Shown here: piece by piece, positions 61,326 through 64,000 of the stretch
How the letters are laid out: each line of letters begins with the position of its first letter
Position numbering within the stretch: position 1 is the first letter of the stretch
Assembly (NCBI RefSeq): GCF_964213995.1
Contig: NC_135823.1
Span: 868,001-932,000, forward strand
Direction of reading: 5' to 3'
DNA from: Mustelus asterias
Lineage: Eukaryota
Length of the DNA: 64,000 nucleotides
Made by a program: the position numbers and the translations under genes
Notes under the pieces: model-generated
The model's database searches: none
Seen by the model: only the letters and a program-made list of their open reading frames with translations
What the model was told of the DNA's origin: nothing

Positions 61326-64000
61326 CTTGACAGCGTTTTCCTTGTATTCTGTCACTCTGGGTTGCTTGTGCAGACACAGTGGCCTCCCACTGGCCTGGCT
61401 GAGCCCCATTAAGTTTGTCTTTTTCCGATTCGCTGGAAACTATGACGACATGTGCTGTGGAAAGTATGACAACATTGTGGGGCAGTGTTCGGGTCAACGA
61501 AACATTCATTTGACATACCTCACCGTTTGTGCGCCACAGCACACACATGGTCGAATACAAATCAATAACTTTTCTGGATTGTGAAATAGATGTAATCTGA
61601 ATCCTCTGGATAAATTAATGTGACATCGACGTCGCTGGCCAGCATTTATTGTTTATCTTTCGTTGCCTGATGGCAGATGAATGTCGAACATATTGCTGTG
61701 GCTCTGCAGTCACTTGTCGGCCAGACCAGATAACGACGGCAGGTTTCTTTCCCGACAAACGACAATGGTTTCATTGTCATCAGTAGATGCGTACTTCCAG
61801 ATTTTTAAAAATTGAATTCAAATGTCATGAGCTGCTGTGGCTGGATTCGAACCCGTGTCCGCAGAACATTCGCTGAGTTGCTGAACTAATGGTCCAGCGA
61901 TAATACGACTAGGCCATTGCCTCCCCAGAAATCGAAAATCGGCACTGAGATGGTGCTGTTGATATAATTTTTAAGACCTCTATTCTGTCACCCCTCAGCC
62001 TCGTCTTCTTGAGTAAAGAGAGTATTAGCCTGTTTTGCCTTTCCTGTTAGTTATGACATCTCAGTCCAGCTATCCTTCTTAGAATACCGATTCCAGTGTC
62101 GCAGTTTCTTCTTTGTACGATGGGGCGGCACAGATGTGCATAGTTAGTCCCAATACGAAACAAGGTCTTTGATACAAAAAAACTGATTGGCGATACAATT
62201 ATATTACCTCCAGTTGGGTTTGTATTTTCCCAGTGAACAAGCAATTGTATCAAAAAGAGTCGTGAATCAAAATGATTCACAGCGAATGTGCCAACAGGGT
62301 GGCACAGTGGCACAATTTTTAGTACTGTTGCCACACAGCGCCAGTGATCTGAGTTTAATTCCTGTCTTGGATCACAGTGTGTGGAGTCTGCACGTTTCCC
62401 CCATGTCTGCGTGGGTCTCCTTCTGGTGCTCCGGTTTTGTCCCACAGTCCGATAGCCGTGCTGGTTAAGTGCATTGGCCATGCTAAATCTTCCTCACTGT
62501 ACCCGAACAGGCGCCAGACTATGGCACCCATGGGATTTTCACTGTAACGTCATTGTAGTGTTAATGTCAGCCAAATTATGACACGAATCATTTTTGTTTT
62601 CACAGTCGAAACGGTTACGTGTTATCGCATCGATTTGTAAACTGTGGGTGAGTTTAACCTGATGGAACTTGATAAAATAATGAGAGGCAGAGATAAAGTG
62701 ATGAGACAAGTTCTTTTTCTCAGGGAAGGAAAGTACAAAATCAGAGGGCATTGGTTGAATGTGAGAAGGGAGCGATTTTAAAAAGACCTGAGGGGAAACC
62801 TCTTCACACAGAGGGTGGTGCGTATGTGGAATAAGCTGCCAGAGCAGGTTGTAGAAGGCAGGGATAACTACAACAATTTGGACAGGAACATGGATGGAAA
62901 AGCTTTAGAAGGTTATGGGACAGATGCAGGCAAATGGGTTCATCGTAGGAAACATGGGTGGCATCCAAGGGCTGGGCCGAAGGGCCTGTTTCCGTGCCAT
63001 GTATCTCTCTCTCATTGTAAAGCAGCCTGTTCTCTCTTTACTCCAATGCACCCCAGGCTGCAAATACTCCCCAATCTGCAGTTTAACACTTAGTCCCAAT
63101 GTTTGACCACTGCAGGCAATTCTGGACATGAAGCGCCTCAACTGTAAAAAAAGGAAAGGCACTGACGGCTTCTGGTTCGAACATCAGTTTCCATCTCAAG
63201 CATGAAGTGCTGAAGTGGTCAGGATTTTGGACAGCGATCTCCGCCGCTCAGTGCGTTTTGCACAACCCCAAATCGGCTGTGGGTCAGGGTATTTTGACAC
63301 TCACAGCAAACAGCTGCGGTCACAGGTAATGCGCCTCCTTACTGCCGAGCCCCGCTCTCTGCTGTTGCCTCTAATGACTCCCTTCTTCATCGTTCAAGAT
63401 GAAGCATTTCTGCAGAATAGTTCAGACGCTCTGTAAAGCTCAACACTCGCTGCTCATTTAGGAAGCCATTTTGTCAGTAATTCCTTCGAGCAGGCTCTTC
63501 ACATTCTGATTAATGTAACTCAATAATGATGGGGACTCATTCCTTCACAACCGGCTCACTGCCATCACACTCTGTAATATCCTCACGCATGCACGGTAAC
63601 AAATCAACAAGTTTGTCATATGCTGGAAGTGGATAGAGGGAGCGGAGGGAACATGGGAATAAGGCAACCTCCAACTGCCCTCGCGGCCACACCCCACGTT
63701 CACTGTATTCCTGTGGTCAGCACTGCTGCCTCACAGCGAGAGGGACCCGGGTTTGAATAGTCGCTTGGGTGACTGTGTGGAGTTTGCACGTTCTCACCGC
63801 GTCTGTGTGGGTTTCCTCCGGGTGCTTCGGTTTCCTCCTGCACTCCGAAAGACGTGCTGGTTAGGTGCTTTGGCCATGTTAAATTCTCCCACAGTGTACT
63901 CAAACAGGCGCCGGAGTGGGCTGATGAGGGGATTTTCACAGAAATTACATTGCACTGTTACTGTCAGCCGACCTGTGCGACTGACAAATAATACCTAAAT

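Larger units (their letters stand above)
46767..64000 (-). repeat. Inverted segmental duplication of ~7830-28570 (the copy B unit ~31010-41545 is a direct paralogue of that segment)
   Basis: Collinear unique blocks and shared TE insertions, e.g. 28450-28572 vs 46767-46885, 26231-26315 vs 48941-49020, 8136-8850 vs 63005-63700. Confidence 0.88.

Overview
Repeat-dense eukaryotic DNA, almost certainly from a cartilaginous fish (HE1-like SINEs, CR1-type and Rex1-type LINE fragments, Penelope-like relics, TG/AG microsatellites, a decayed class I ERV env plus LTR at the left edge). Most of the ORF track is repeat noise. The real content is a segmentally duplicated cluster of a germline-joined (non-rearranging) antigen-receptor-like gene: leader / V domain with a fused J-like strand / ~90-nt intron / C1-set domain / Cys+TM exon / cytoplasmic exons. 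I reconstructed exons by comparing the copies by eye. Copy C (minus, 61325-50254) splices to an open ~349-aa protein with a TM lacking Arg/Lys and a tail carrying an ITIM (VIYPML) plus a second Tyr motif (PVYASL), so it looks inhibitory. Copy B (plus, 32840-36360) has an intact ectodomain, two Arg in its TM, and a destroyed tail, so it looks activating. Copy A (plus, 14995-24930) is a pseudogene, and a fourth copy survives only as a promoter/leader stump (~12230-13893). B and C lie tail-to-tail and look like a TCR/Ig-like VJ-C1 paired-receptor family. All gene models are manual, with no transcript support; repeat boundaries are approximate.
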